Below, in pieces: positions 36,594-45,255 of a stretch of DNA of 64,000 nt; position 1 is the stretch's first letter, and every line of letters starts with the position of its first letter. This stretch comes from Minisyncoccota bacterium. GTDB taxonomy: Bacteria > Patescibacteriota > Minisyncoccia > UBA6257 > 2-01-FULL-56-20. The position numbers and the translations under genes were made by a program. The DNA lies in contig JARLIC010000137.1 in assembly GCA_031291905.1 (NCBI GenBank), forward strand, positions 51,762 through 115,761. Direction: 5' to 3'. The notes under the pieces are model-generated. The model ran no database searches and was not told the DNA's origin. It saw only the letters and a list, made by a program, of their open reading frames with translations.

Positions 36594-37064
36594 TCAAAGC
36601 GTGATATTGATGATGTCCGGCAGGTTGCATTTCTTACCGGGGTCGGCCGGAACGGGGCAGACGTGCATCGCCAGCCGCTTCTTGAGCAGTTCGTAATTTC
36701 CGGTGACTTCCGACAATCTCAGGTCCGTGGCGACGATCTTGTCATTGGCGAGTTTGAGCTTTCCAAGGCAGTCGTCGACTTCAGCCTCCGACTTGTCGAG
36801 CCGCTTAAGGATCGTCTCGAATCGCTGATCGTTCGCCGCACGGTAGATCGCCCACCCGAGGCCCACCACGCCCAACGCCGCGCCGATGGCGATCGGAAAG
36901 AAATCGTCCTGAGCCGCCGCCCATGACACGGACGCGATCGAGGCGAGTACGCCCGTAACCAATGCGTTTCCGCTCGAAACACCGTGCAACATGATCATCC
37001 CCTCGATCGACGCCAAATCACCCGTGCCGCCTTGTAGACGGCCGACGCGAGGAGACCGATCCAA
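36594..37064 (-). CDS. membrane-anchored coiled-coil protein (spanin-like candidate)
   Basis: One TM segment followed by a KLKLANDKIVATDLRLSEV coiled-coil region. Confidence 0.35.
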   Translation of the reverse strand: MDRSPRVGRLQGGTGDLASIEGMIMLHGVSSGNALVTGVLASIASVSWAAAQDDFFPIAIGAALGVVGLGWAIYRAANDQRFETILKRLDKSEAEVDDCLGKLKLANDKIVATDLRLSEVTGNYELLKKRLAMHVCPVPADPGKKCNLPDIINITL

Positions 37065-37510
37065 ACCGCCGCCCAGAACACGCGAGCATCAAGGAAGGGC
37101 CGATCCTCCATGTCGATCGCGGGCATGAACCAGGCGATGGCGAACATGGCGGCGACCCACAACAGGATGCCTAGTTGCCCCACTTTTCCGCTTCCGGCTT
37201 GGGGGCTTGCAGCGATGCACGATCGGCTCGCCACGCACTGGTCAGCGTGATCGCCGGATGGTCGCGGGGCAACTTGTCCTGAAGGCTCTGAAGGAAGGTC
37301 GTCACGACCGTTCCAAGCTTGGCCCAATCCGATGCGGGGATGTTGGACACCGCCATGACGGCGATCTTGAAGGCGAATTTCGCGAGCGTGAGCCACATTG
37401 CCGGGCCTCCTTGAATCCTTGGAGTGGAGCAAACGAAAGCAGCCGGGCCTGGCGTCTCACGACGGTTGGCCCGGCGCTGCCCGACGATCGAAATCGGCGG
37501 GGGATATGAA

Positions 37511-37813
37511 TCAGGGGGTCGGTGCGGAAGCCGGGGGATTGACGTCGAGCACGGCCGCGTCGATCTTGGCCTTCAGGGCGTCACCCTTGGCTTCGATGGC
37601 GGCGACTTCGGCGGGGTCGGCGACCTTGGACTTCAGATCGGCGATTTCGGTGACGAGGGTCGTCACGCTGGCCTGAAACTCGGCGAGCTTCGCGGTGAAC
37701 GAGGCGTCGAGAGCGTCGATCTTGCTGTCGATATTGCTGAACAAGGCCATGATCATATTCTCCAGGGCGGGACTAAGGGCAACGGTATGAACGATATTAA
37801 TTGTGAGCGGCAT
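37511..37813 (-). CDS. small coiled-coil protein
   Basis: 100 aa, Ala/Lys/Asp-rich. Confidence 0.35.
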   Translation of the reverse strand: MPLTINIVHTVALSPALENMIMALFSNIDSKIDALDASFTAKLAEFQASVTTLVTEIADLKSKVADPAEVAAIEAKGDALKAKIDAAVLDVNPPASAPTP

Positions 37814-37820
37814 GGCGTCC

Positions 37821-38639
37821 TCAGATTGCGAGGGCGATGGGCGGCGTGTCGGCGTCGGATGGATCTTCGATCACGGCCTTGATCGTGTAGGCTTCTTGGT
37901 AGCCGGTCGCGTTCCAGTGATCTTCCTTGTACCAGCCGAAGCCGTTCTGGCCCCACGCACGACTCCACGACCCGCAATGCCTCAACGCCGGCTTCCCGTT
38001 CCGCAGCGTCTTCTTGCCGCCCGCGATCAGGATGGCGTGATTTCCCGGACCGCGATCGACGCCCATGCAGCCTTCGGAATCGAGGTTGCTGTACGTGTTG
38101 CCGACCTGGATGGCCAGGATCACCGCACGACGACGGCCGCCGGCCTCACTCTGGACCTCTTCCCAGCTATTAAGCTGCTGGTCGATCTCGAAGCGGAATC
38201 GGAGGGCGTTCGCGACAGCTTTTGCCGAGAAGCTTCGCGGATTGGCAAGTGACGCGGGGATCTGGCCGACCTCGCAAATGCCGACCTTGGCGATCTGGGC
38301 CGCCGCGTCCAAGATGCTGGTCCCGACGTTCCAGCCGCCGGTCGCGACCGAGTAGGAGTACAACGGCTCAAGCTGGGCGTGCGGTTGCCCCGACTGGAGC
38401 CGGGCGAACATGAGACCCTGTGTCGAGCTGTAGTGCGTGCAGCCGTTGTAGCCGTTCTGGTCGAGCACCTTCAATTGGCTCGGCCAGTGATCCCAATCGG
38501 GGATCTCCGACGCTGGAATCACGCTGGACGCCATGCGCGGGATGGCGGATCGCAGGATCTCGGAACTGCGAGGCAGGCCAAGCAGAAACTTTTGTCCGCT
38601 GGGGGTGACGTGGCTACCGGAAGCGTATTGCGACATCAC
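37821..38639 (-). CDS. papain-like (C1 family) cysteine peptidase
   Basis: QNGYNGCTHYSS fits the Gln-Cys block. GPGNHAILIAGG fits the His block. SWSRAWGQNGFGWY fits the Asn-Trp block. Confidence 0.55.
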   Translation of the reverse strand: MMSQYASGSHVTPSGQKFLLGLPRSSEILRSAIPRMASSVIPASEIPDWDHWPSQLKVLDQNGYNGCTHYSSTQGLMFARLQSGQPHAQLEPLYSYSVATGGWNVGTSILDAAAQIAKVGICEVGQIPASLANPRSFSAKAVANALRFRFEIDQQLNSWEEVQSEAGGRRRAVILAIQVGNTYSNLDSEGCMGVDRGPGNHAILIAGGKKTLRNGKPALRHCGSWSRAWGQNGFGWYKEDHWNATGYQEAYTIKAVIEDPSDADTPPIALAI

Positions 38640-39271
38640 TGGCCCCTCAACGTCTTGATCTTGGCCATCACGTCGTCGAACGATTCGGGATTCGACACGT
38701 CGATCACCGGGGCCGGTGGCGCCGGCTCAGCGTCGTACTTCACGCCGGTCGCGGCCTCCTGAACGACTAAAACGGCCCGCGACGAAGCGTAACCGTCCAT
38801 TTTCCTGGCCTTCAGCTCCGGGCTGCTCGCCCCGTAAGCCCTCCAGTGGCAGTCCAGGCCCTTCCAGTCCGTGCCGACCGCCGCATCGCGGATCGCGGAC
38901 GACTTCACCGTCGCGTCGTCCGGCTCGATGAAGGACAGAGTCAACGTCCTGTCGTGCTTGACGGGAGCCGGGACTGGTGCGGGGGACGGATCGGGCTTGG
39001 GTGCGGGAGAGGGGGCAGGCCCTGGAATCGGTGCGGGAATCGGAACCGGCGCCGGAATGGGAGTAGGGGCCGGGCCGTGGCCGAACATGGCGGCGCCGAT
39101 CGCGATCCCCATGACCAGCGTCTTGACCTGATCGTACACCCACGCACCAGCGCCCATCGCCGCGCCTTCAACCTGAACCAACGCCTGATAGGCGGGAGTC
39201 TGGGCGGCTGCGGGGTCTGGCATGGGAAGCCCTTTGGAAAAGAAGGGACGTGGAGCAGGCAACGCCGACAT
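38636..39271 (-). CDS. membrane-anchored protein with PAPVPIPAP-type Pro-rich linker and C-terminal globular domain
   Basis: TM segment LVMGIAIGAAMF, then PAP repeats (DNA repeats at 38985-39065). Confidence 0.45.
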   Translation of the reverse strand: MSALPAPRPFFSKGLPMPDPAAAQTPAYQALVQVEGAAMGAGAWVYDQVKTLVMGIAIGAAMFGHGPAPTPIPAPVPIPAPIPGPAPSPAPKPDPSPAPVPAPVKHDRTLTLSFIEPDDATVKSSAIRDAAVGTDWKGLDCHWRAYGASSPELKARKMDGYASSRAVLVVQEAATGVKYDAEPAPPAPVIDVSNPESFDDVMAKIKTLRGQ

Positions 39272-39362
39272 TCGTTCGCCGGTTTTGGTTATCCCGGATC
39301 GGATTACGGATGCACGGGGCCTTTAGGGTTCAGCGTCGGAACGCCGGCGCTGCCTGCCCTGA

Positions 39363-39692
39363 TCAGGCGGATTGAGACGCACGCCGTTCGCGGCGGGTCT
39401 GATTCGACTTGGCGGGAGATGGGGCGGGAGTGGGCGATTCGGCTGACGCCGCCTTGGGCTCGGGTTTTGGGTCCGTAAGCGGGTCGCGTTGGAGAATTCC
39501 AAGATGGTCGACGCCCGATTTATGGCACACGGCACATGTGCAGAGCGATCCTCTTGGAATCTCAGAGACCCCGGTTCCCCGGCACCGTCCGCAAGTTGCG
39601 TGATCCACGAACCCCGTGGACCGACATGACTTACACGGATGCACATCTTTACATGTGAGTTGAGAGTAAGGCTTTGAGGATGCGCCGAACAT
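39363..39692 (-). CDS. DnaJ-type zinc-finger (CxxCxGxG x2) small protein
   Basis: CKSCRSTG and CGRCRGTG repeats. A further CTCAVCHKSG follows. Start taken at internal Met. Confidence 0.45.
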   Translation of the reverse strand: MFGASSKPYSQLTCKDVHPCKSCRSTGFVDHATCGRCRGTGVSEIPRGSLCTCAVCHKSGVDHLGILQRDPLTDPKPEPKAASAESPTPAPSPAKSNQTRRERRASQSA

Positions 39693-39978
39693 CAGGACGA
39701 GTTCCGGACCCTCGACTCGCGGCAACGGCGGAGTCCAGTCTGCCCAAATATTCTTCCGTGACATGCCGGTTCTTCACCTTTTCTGGCATCTGCTTGAGGT
39801 AGTCGGAAATAACCGTGAAATCAACCTCGAAGCATTCGGCGATATCCCTGAGAGGGATACCCGCCCGGTGCAGGTCGCTCCAGATCAGGACCGTGGCTCG
39901 AATCTCATTGAGTTTGCCGGCAGGTTCGTCTTTATGCGGAGGCTCTATCTGGATTCCGCGTTCGTCGACCCAACTCAT
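39649..39978 (-). CDS. HTH DNA-binding protein
   Basis: RATVLIWSDLHRAGIPLRDIAECFEVDFTVISDYL resembles a sigma region-4/resolvase-type HTH. Confidence 0.45.
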   Translation of the reverse strand: MSWVDERGIQIEPPHKDEPAGKLNEIRATVLIWSDLHRAGIPLRDIAECFEVDFTVISDYLKQMPEKVKNRHVTEEYLGRLDSAVAASRGSGTRPDVRRILKALLSTHM

Positions 39979-40032
39979 GCAGACGAGCCCTTTCGACAAT
40001 ACCTGTCTCTCTACTAATAGAAATTTGTCTTG

Positions 40033-40275
40033 CTATTTCTCTTGTTTGCCAAACATAATTTCGCATAACTCCTTTATTGTCTTCCACTTACGCATAGGAT
40101 AATCTTGTTGGGTGTTTGATTTTGGGTTATCGTTCGCTGCTATAAACAGTCGTGCGGCAGCGTTTATCGCGATACGGTAATCCGCCGAGTCGTTGTCTCC
40201 TTCTTTGGACAACTCTTCAACGCGAGCCATTGCTTCGGCATAGTTCTCGAACTTGGGTCTTTTCGGTTTCGCCAT
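40033..40275 (-). CDS. hypothetical protein
   Basis: Lower-GC ORF with start MAKPKRPKF. Confidence 0.35.
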   Translation of the reverse strand: MAKPKRPKFENYAEAMARVEELSKEGDNDSADYRIAINAAARLFIAANDNPKSNTQQDYPMRKWKTIKELCEIMFGKQEK

Positions 40276-40316
40276 TGCAACCTCATCGTTGTTAGTTATC
40301 TGGGATAACTTCGTGA

Positions 40317-40664
40317 TCACCGCGGTAATGCGTTCCAGTTACGGATCGCGATCCGCACTGAATCACCTTTGGAGCCTCGCATATAGCAGTTCGGGCAATG
40401 AACTTGCCAGAAACCAAAGTTCACGAAACAAGCTAGTCTGCCGTTGCCCCAAGTCCCATCGCAACCGCACCCAGGGCAAGGATCGATCGACGGCACTTCG
40501 GATTTGACAGCCTTAACATGGACGTTGATCGCTGCCATCCGTTCGTTGAACGCCCGGCCGTGCTTTTTCTTGCCCTCCGCATCGAGGGACTTGAACCACG
40601 CCTTGAGTTCCTTGGGCGAGTTAATGTCGGCGGGGATCATCTCAACCTCATTGTTGTCAGACAA
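40317..40664 (-). CDS. Lar-family-like restriction alleviation protein
   Basis: PCPGCGCDG....C......HCPNC.......DSVRIAIRNWNALPR fits the Lar pattern (CPFCG...C..CG....eAi.aWNrR). Confidence 0.55.
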   Translation of the reverse strand: MSDNNEVEMIPADINSPKELKAWFKSLDAEGKKKHGRAFNERMAAINVHVKAVKSEVPSIDPCPGCGCDGTWGNGRLACFVNFGFWQVHCPNCYMRGSKGDSVRIAIRNWNALPR

Positions 40665-41037
40665 GTCGACTCAAAAGCCTGTCGGCAACCGGAAACCCCC
40701 GCCTATCGACTATCGCATCGTACGCAACGTCATAGAATTTCGTTCGCCGCTCCAACTTTTCCTTTGCGGCGTAGGTTATGCACAAACACCCTCTGAGCAG
40801 ATACGAAGGCGTTTTAGAGACATCAAGATTGTCCAGGATCGAATCGATGATCTTGAACTCGCCTTCGTGGCACAATCGATCGATCGCATTGAAAACATGA
40901 TCGGTCGCCCCCTGACTATTGTCGATCGCCGTTAATGCGTATAGGTCTTCAAGGAACTCTGTAACATCGAAATCCATCATCCCTCCTAAATAGGATACGA
41001 CGCCGCGAACGAGTGCTCGCGACGCCGCTGTGATCAC
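40657..41037 (-). CDS. hypothetical protein
   Basis: ORF. Confidence 0.35.
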   Translation of the reverse strand: MITAASRALVRGVVSYLGGMMDFDVTEFLEDLYALTAIDNSQGATDHVFNAIDRLCHEGEFKIIDSILDNLDVSKTPSYLLRGCLCITYAAKEKLERRTKFYDVAYDAIVDRRGFPVADRLLSRLV

Positions 41038-41040
41038 TGC

Positions 41041-41349
41041 TTACTCAGTTCGCTCGATCGCCGCTATCGCCCACATCAGACATTGCTCAAGATTCGTCAG
41101 CGCCGATGACTGCTCACGCGACGCGGATGAGTGGTCGACGATGGACAAGGCGAGATTCTTGGCATCGTCCCGAAGTAACGCGAGAGGGATAACCTTGTCA
41201 GCCCGAACAGTGAGCTTTGCGGCGAACCGCTTCTCGACTTCTTCGCGGAATCGCTCGGCGCGAGTCTTTCCGTCATCGATATGAACAGCGTAGATGGGTG
41301 GCGGGTTATCTCTCACCGAACTTGGAGCCGGGTACACAGGGTTCATCAA
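41041..41349 (-). CDS. hypothetical protein
   Basis: ORF. Confidence 0.35.
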   Translation of the reverse strand: MMNPVYPAPSSVRDNPPPIYAVHIDDGKTRAERFREEVEKRFAAKLTVRADKVIPLALLRDDAKNLALSIVDHSSASREQSSALTNLEQCLMWAIAAIERTE

Positions 41350-41948
41350 AGCTCTCCTTCAAAAACCGATCCGCCGAAGTAGTCGATCACATCGAACTCA
41401 CGCGGGCGGGCGAACGGAATGTCGTCTTCCTGAAAAGCGTCCACCTCGGCCTGGCTGACAGGAACCGTTCGCCCCTGCCCACCCTGCCCGTTGTATCCGC
41501 CGCCGCCACGACCTTGCGGTGCGGGACCGCGACCCTGGGGAGGACCGCTGCGCGACTCGGCTTGCGGCTGGCGTTCGTTTCCGCCTTGGCTGCGCGGTCC
41601 GTCTTCGTCGCGAGCCTTAGCCTCAAGGTTCTGGACCCGGTCGGCGTTCACCTTGATTTTGCTCCGTTTCTCGCCGGTCGCCTTGTCGTCCCACTGGTCC
41701 ATCTTGAGCGAGCCTTCGACGAAGATCAGGTTGCCCTTGTGCAAGGTATTGCAGGCCCGCTCCGCCGCCGCACCCCAGACGGTCGCGTCGATATAGAGGA
41801 CTTCTTCCTTCCACTCGTCGTTCTTGTCCTTCCATGACCGATTGACGGCCATGCGGAGTTCGGTCACGGCCGATCCGCTTGGAATGCGGCGCAACTCGGG
41901 CTCGAAAGTCAGTCGGCCCATGAGTTGGACCTTATTTAAGTCAGCCAT
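41346..41948 (-). CDS. ssb: single-stranded DNA-binding protein
   Basis: N-terminal OB pattern MADLNKVQLMGRLTFEPELR..SGSAV..LRMAVNRSWKDK. Gly/Gln-rich tail ending EDDIPF plus ~20 extra residues. Confidence 0.8.
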   Translation of the reverse strand: MADLNKVQLMGRLTFEPELRRIPSGSAVTELRMAVNRSWKDKNDEWKEEVLYIDATVWGAAAERACNTLHKGNLIFVEGSLKMDQWDDKATGEKRSKIKVNADRVQNLEAKARDEDGPRSQGGNERQPQAESRSGPPQGRGPAPQGRGGGGYNGQGGQGRTVPVSQAEVDAFQEDDIPFARPREFDVIDYFGGSVFEGEL

Positions 41949-41964
41949 TCGTCGTCTCCTCTTC

Positions 41965-42306
41965 TTAGGAATATTGACCCGTCGGCAGGTCGTCGCCGTT
42001 GATCACGCATTCGTACGACGCTATGTTCGAGGACGTAATTTTCGCCGAAAAGTCGGCGATTCGAAATTTCCCCGACATACTGTACAACCGATTGCGAGAC
42101 GTGAGAATGCAATAGGCTGTAGCCTTCTGGCTCTGCAAGTACTCCAGGAGACCGTCGGGCAAATCGCTCAACCCGAAGACCCCCTTGACGCTGCCACCGA
42201 CGCCGCCGTTGGTAAGCCTCACGTCGATAGTATGAATCCCCAGTGCGACCGGCCCTACGCCATCGAACTCTATCCTCATCACCGCCGAACCACCATGACT
42301 ATCCAT
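41965..42306 (-). CDS. hypothetical protein
   Basis: Start MDSHGG is preceded by GGGAGGGTGAG. Confidence 0.4.
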   Translation of the reverse strand: MDSHGGSAVMRIEFDGVGPVALGIHTIDVRLTNGGVGGSVKGVFGLSDLPDGLLEYLQSQKATAYCILTSRNRLYSMSGKFRIADFSAKITSSNIASYECVINGDDLPTGQYS

Positions 42307-42307
42307 C

Positions 42308-42454
42308 TCACCCTCCCGCCATCTTAATAACGAACATTCCAACGACATAAACGAGCATCGCCGCAACCAGGCCGATCATCAAGAACCCGTTAGGCGCGGG
42401 CCGAAAAGGATCTATAACCGGCTGAGGTCGCTCAGGCTTCGGCGGAATCTCCAT
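42308..42454 (-). CDS. 48-aa hydrophobic peptide (MEIPPKPERP...LMIGLVAAMLVYVVGMFVIKMAGG)
   Basis: Not in the ORF track (<60 aa). Its ATG is preceded by the same GCGGGAGGGTGAGATGG element that also forms its stop (AGG-TGA). Confidence 0.35.
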   Translation of the reverse strand: MEIPPKPERPQPVIDPFRPAPNGFLMIGLVAAMLVYVVGMFVIKMAGG

Positions 42455-42544
42455 CTCACCCTCCCGCATACACCAGAAACCCCATTGCCACCACGAACAC
42501 CATCATCGCCACCGAGACGGCCGCCAGATGCCAGTTGAAGCGTC

Positions 42545-42931
42545 TCACAGCCCGTACCTCCCAGCCATCTCATGAACCCCTGAATCCGCCGCAACCTCGC
42601 AAACCGCCTGCTGCAACTCCTCCAGCGTCATCGCCCGACCCAGCGCGAGAATCGACTGATACGTCTCTTCCACCTGATCGCCGCAGTCTTCCGCCTTCAG
42701 CACCTTCTTGACGATGCGACGCAGCATGAACCGCTGGATGAAATTCGGATTGCGGCACTTGTCTAACGCGGTGCTCGATTTCCAGCACTCAAACAGCAGG
42801 ATCGCGATTTTCAAGATCGCGACGATGATCGCCACGGTTACGACGACGCTTCCTGGCTTGCTCTGAGCGTCGCGGGAGATGGTCGGCATGTTGGCGATGG
42901 TGCGTTCGGCGAGTCGGTCGATTTGGGTCAT
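42545..42931 (-). CDS. membrane protein
   Basis: TM segment VVVTVAIIVAILKIAILLF. Confidence 0.4.
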   Translation of the reverse strand: MTQIDRLAERTIANMPTISRDAQSKPGSVVVTVAIIVAILKIAILLFECWKSSTALDKCRNPNFIQRFMLRRIVKKVLKAEDCGDQVEETYQSILALGRAMTLEELQQAVCEVAADSGVHEMAGRYGL

Positions 42932-43305
42932 TGGGTCCCTTGCTTCTATTGTACGACGGCCTTGGTCGGCTATCGCATGAGGCTACTCCAGTTTACGGAA
43001 CGCTTGGATCGCTACTTGTTGCTTCGCCAATGCCGTCAATCAAGTATTTCCCCTTGCTGACCCAATTGACGCACGCTCCATTACTGGTTGCAAATCGAGA
43101 TAGACCTTTTGTGAGGCCGTTTGGCCCGCTCAGGTGAATCGACTCTATCACTGTGCCGTGCTCGAAAATCCTATGAGTGACCCCGAATGCATCAATCACA
43201 TCGAAGCACTGTTTTGTAGGGTGGATTCTGTTCATCGTATCTCCGATAGCCTTTGTCTTGTAATTGCAATGCGTACCAAACGGCCACGTGGCCATGCGGC
43301 GTACG

Positions 43306-43785
43306 TCACGCCGCGTTACTATCGGCCTCCAATGGGTAAAACTTGCCGCCCATTCTATAGCCGATAACTACCCCCAGGGTGTTCCGCGTCTCTTGTTTAA
43401 TGTGCTTGAACGCCTCCGGGGATCTCGCCATTACATGGCGTATGTTATACAGTCCTAACTTCTCTAGACGTTTGTGGGACAACAGCATCCCGCCGTTTGC
43501 GTCAGCCATGCCAGTGATAATGCGAACCCATTCTTGAATGGGCTTTGGTTTTTCCTGCTTCTTCTTTACAGAGATAGGATTCGGATCGCACTGATCCCGT
43601 GCAGGCTTCTGCTTCAGCCCTACGCCGCCGAATTCCGCTTTCGAGCACGACGGCCATGATGGGTACAAGAGAGCGACCCATCCTTTTCGACGACGAAATT
43701 CAGCCACGTCGTCCGGACGGCCGAACGGATCTTCCTTGATCCGATCGGCATAGGCCCTGGCTTCCCGATACTTCATAACAAGCAT
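43306..43785 (-). CDS. hypothetical protein
   Basis: ORF. Confidence 0.35.
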   Translation of the reverse strand: MLVMKYREARAYADRIKEDPFGRPDDVAEFRRRKGWVALLYPSWPSCSKAEFGGVGLKQKPARDQCDPNPISVKKKQEKPKPIQEWVRIITGMADANGGMLLSHKRLEKLGLYNIRHVMARSPEAFKHIKQETRNTLGVVIGYRMGGKFYPLEADSNAA

Positions 43786-43808
43786 GTACGCTTCTCGCCT
43801 CTTGCTGA

Positions 43809-44909
43809 TTACTTGATCTTGAAAGAGTATTCCTTGCGCTGGCCGTGATTAAGTTCGTCGAGCACCCCGCGCGCCGACGTCTTAACACCTTTATTCCTGT
43901 GGTACTCGCGCGCTTCTCGCGCCGCCTTGATGATGCCTGAAGCCTTGAGGTCAACGAGTTTGCTATGCCATTTCGTCCGGAGCAGCGACTCGCCTTCGCT
44001 GTTCTTCTGGATGTAGAACAGGGGGGCGACTACGCTCTCGTTGATGAACTCGCCGTCGTGCAATTCGACGAATAGAGGCCAGAGTTGCCTAAGGATTTCG
44101 CGGTCCTGGCTTGCGAGGTTCATCATCATCTTGATGCATCGAACACTGCGAGTGCCGCCCGGCTGGACTACGTAGCCATCCTGTGCAAACAAGTCGCGCA
44201 GGAAAACAGCGTTGGCCACACCGGCCTCGCATTTCGCCTTGAAGTCGTCATGCGGCGTGATGCGACGCCGTTCTTCGTTGGTTGCGATGTAAGCATTGGA
44301 CTCCTCGCGCTTATCCTGCATTTCATAGACCATGCAGGGGACGAACTCGATCGCATCGATCATATTTGCCGCAAGGAGCCGATGCCCTCCATCGTACACA
44401 AAGAAAGAACCGTCCGGACGACGTGCCACAAGCAGCGTGCCGAACGACGACCACCTGAATTTCCTCTTGATCGACTTGGCGAAATGAATGGCCGTCTCTC
44501 GCTGATAAGAGACGTCGATGAACAAACTCGACTTGTCGAGCATCATGAACTCGCCAGTTTCGTCCAGGATCGCACAGTCGCCGCCCGGCACCGCGAAGCC
44601 AAAGCCGTCGTCAACGTCGTCCTGATACGAAGTCTCAAAGTACACCGTGCACGGCACCGCCGCCCTGTCGACAGCCATTAGGATTTCGCGGCCCGATTTC
44701 AGCGTGCCGTCGGGATAGAATTGCACGACATGCCTACTGTTCCTCCATAGGCCGTTCCTGATGTCCTCTGTGAGCGCCATGACCAGACGCATGTCCCTTG
44801 GCCCGGTTGGTGCCCCAACCATGATCGCCCTGGCTCGCTCTGGAGTCACCATCTCAATGCTCGTGTCGCCACTATGCTCAACCATCGTTGCTTTCAAAAC
44901 CGTAGACAT
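43809..44909 (-). CDS. ParB-like nuclease domain protein
   Basis: LLVARRPDGSFFVYDGGHRLLAA fits the ParB N-domain GxxRxxA motif. Confidence 0.55.
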   Translation of the reverse strand: MSTVLKATMVEHSGDTSIEMVTPERARAIMVGAPTGPRDMRLVMALTEDIRNGLWRNSRHVVQFYPDGTLKSGREILMAVDRAAVPCTVYFETSYQDDVDDGFGFAVPGGDCAILDETGEFMMLDKSSLFIDVSYQRETAIHFAKSIKRKFRWSSFGTLLVARRPDGSFFVYDGGHRLLAANMIDAIEFVPCMVYEMQDKREESNAYIATNEERRRITPHDDFKAKCEAGVANAVFLRDLFAQDGYVVQPGGTRSVRCIKMMMNLASQDREILRQLWPLFVELHDGEFINESVVAPLFYIQKNSEGESLLRTKWHSKLVDLKASGIIKAAREAREYHRNKGVKTSARGVLDELNHGQRKEYSFKIK

Positions 44910-44970
44910 TCATGATCTCCTGTTATGAAGTTGCACTGAAACACCTGAACTGAAAACCCAACACCGACCC

Positions 44971-45255
44971 TCAGTCGTTGGCACTCTCGACGAGCGACAT
45001 TGACGCTTCGCCAGAAGACTCGTCTTCGGCTTGATCCTTGAATACGCCCTTCTTGCGTAAGTTGATAAGAGCGACGATGGCATCGTTCATTGTGCACGGA
45101 AAGTATTGGATCATATTGACCCAGAGAACTTCGTGCTCATAGGTACTGCCTATTTGGTCTGCCGACAAAGTGATTTCGCCTTCACTCTTTAAGCGCTTGT
45201 ACGTGGCCTCCAGAACTTCCTGGAAATCTTTTCTGTCACGGATTCTCACGATCAA
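44971..45255 (-). CDS. hypothetical protein
   Basis: ORF. Confidence 0.35.
   Translation of the reverse strand: MIVRIRDRKDFQEVLEATYKRLKSEGEITLSADQIGSTYEHEVLWVNMIQYFPCTMNDAIVALINLRKKGVFKDQAEDESSGEASMSLVESAND

Noticed and set aside
37171-37398. Several <80-aa ORFs (36995-37147, 37171-37398) scored as possible holins.
   Set aside because: Hydrophobic, but too short and overlapping to call individually with confidence. Mentioned only as part of the lysis-like cassette.
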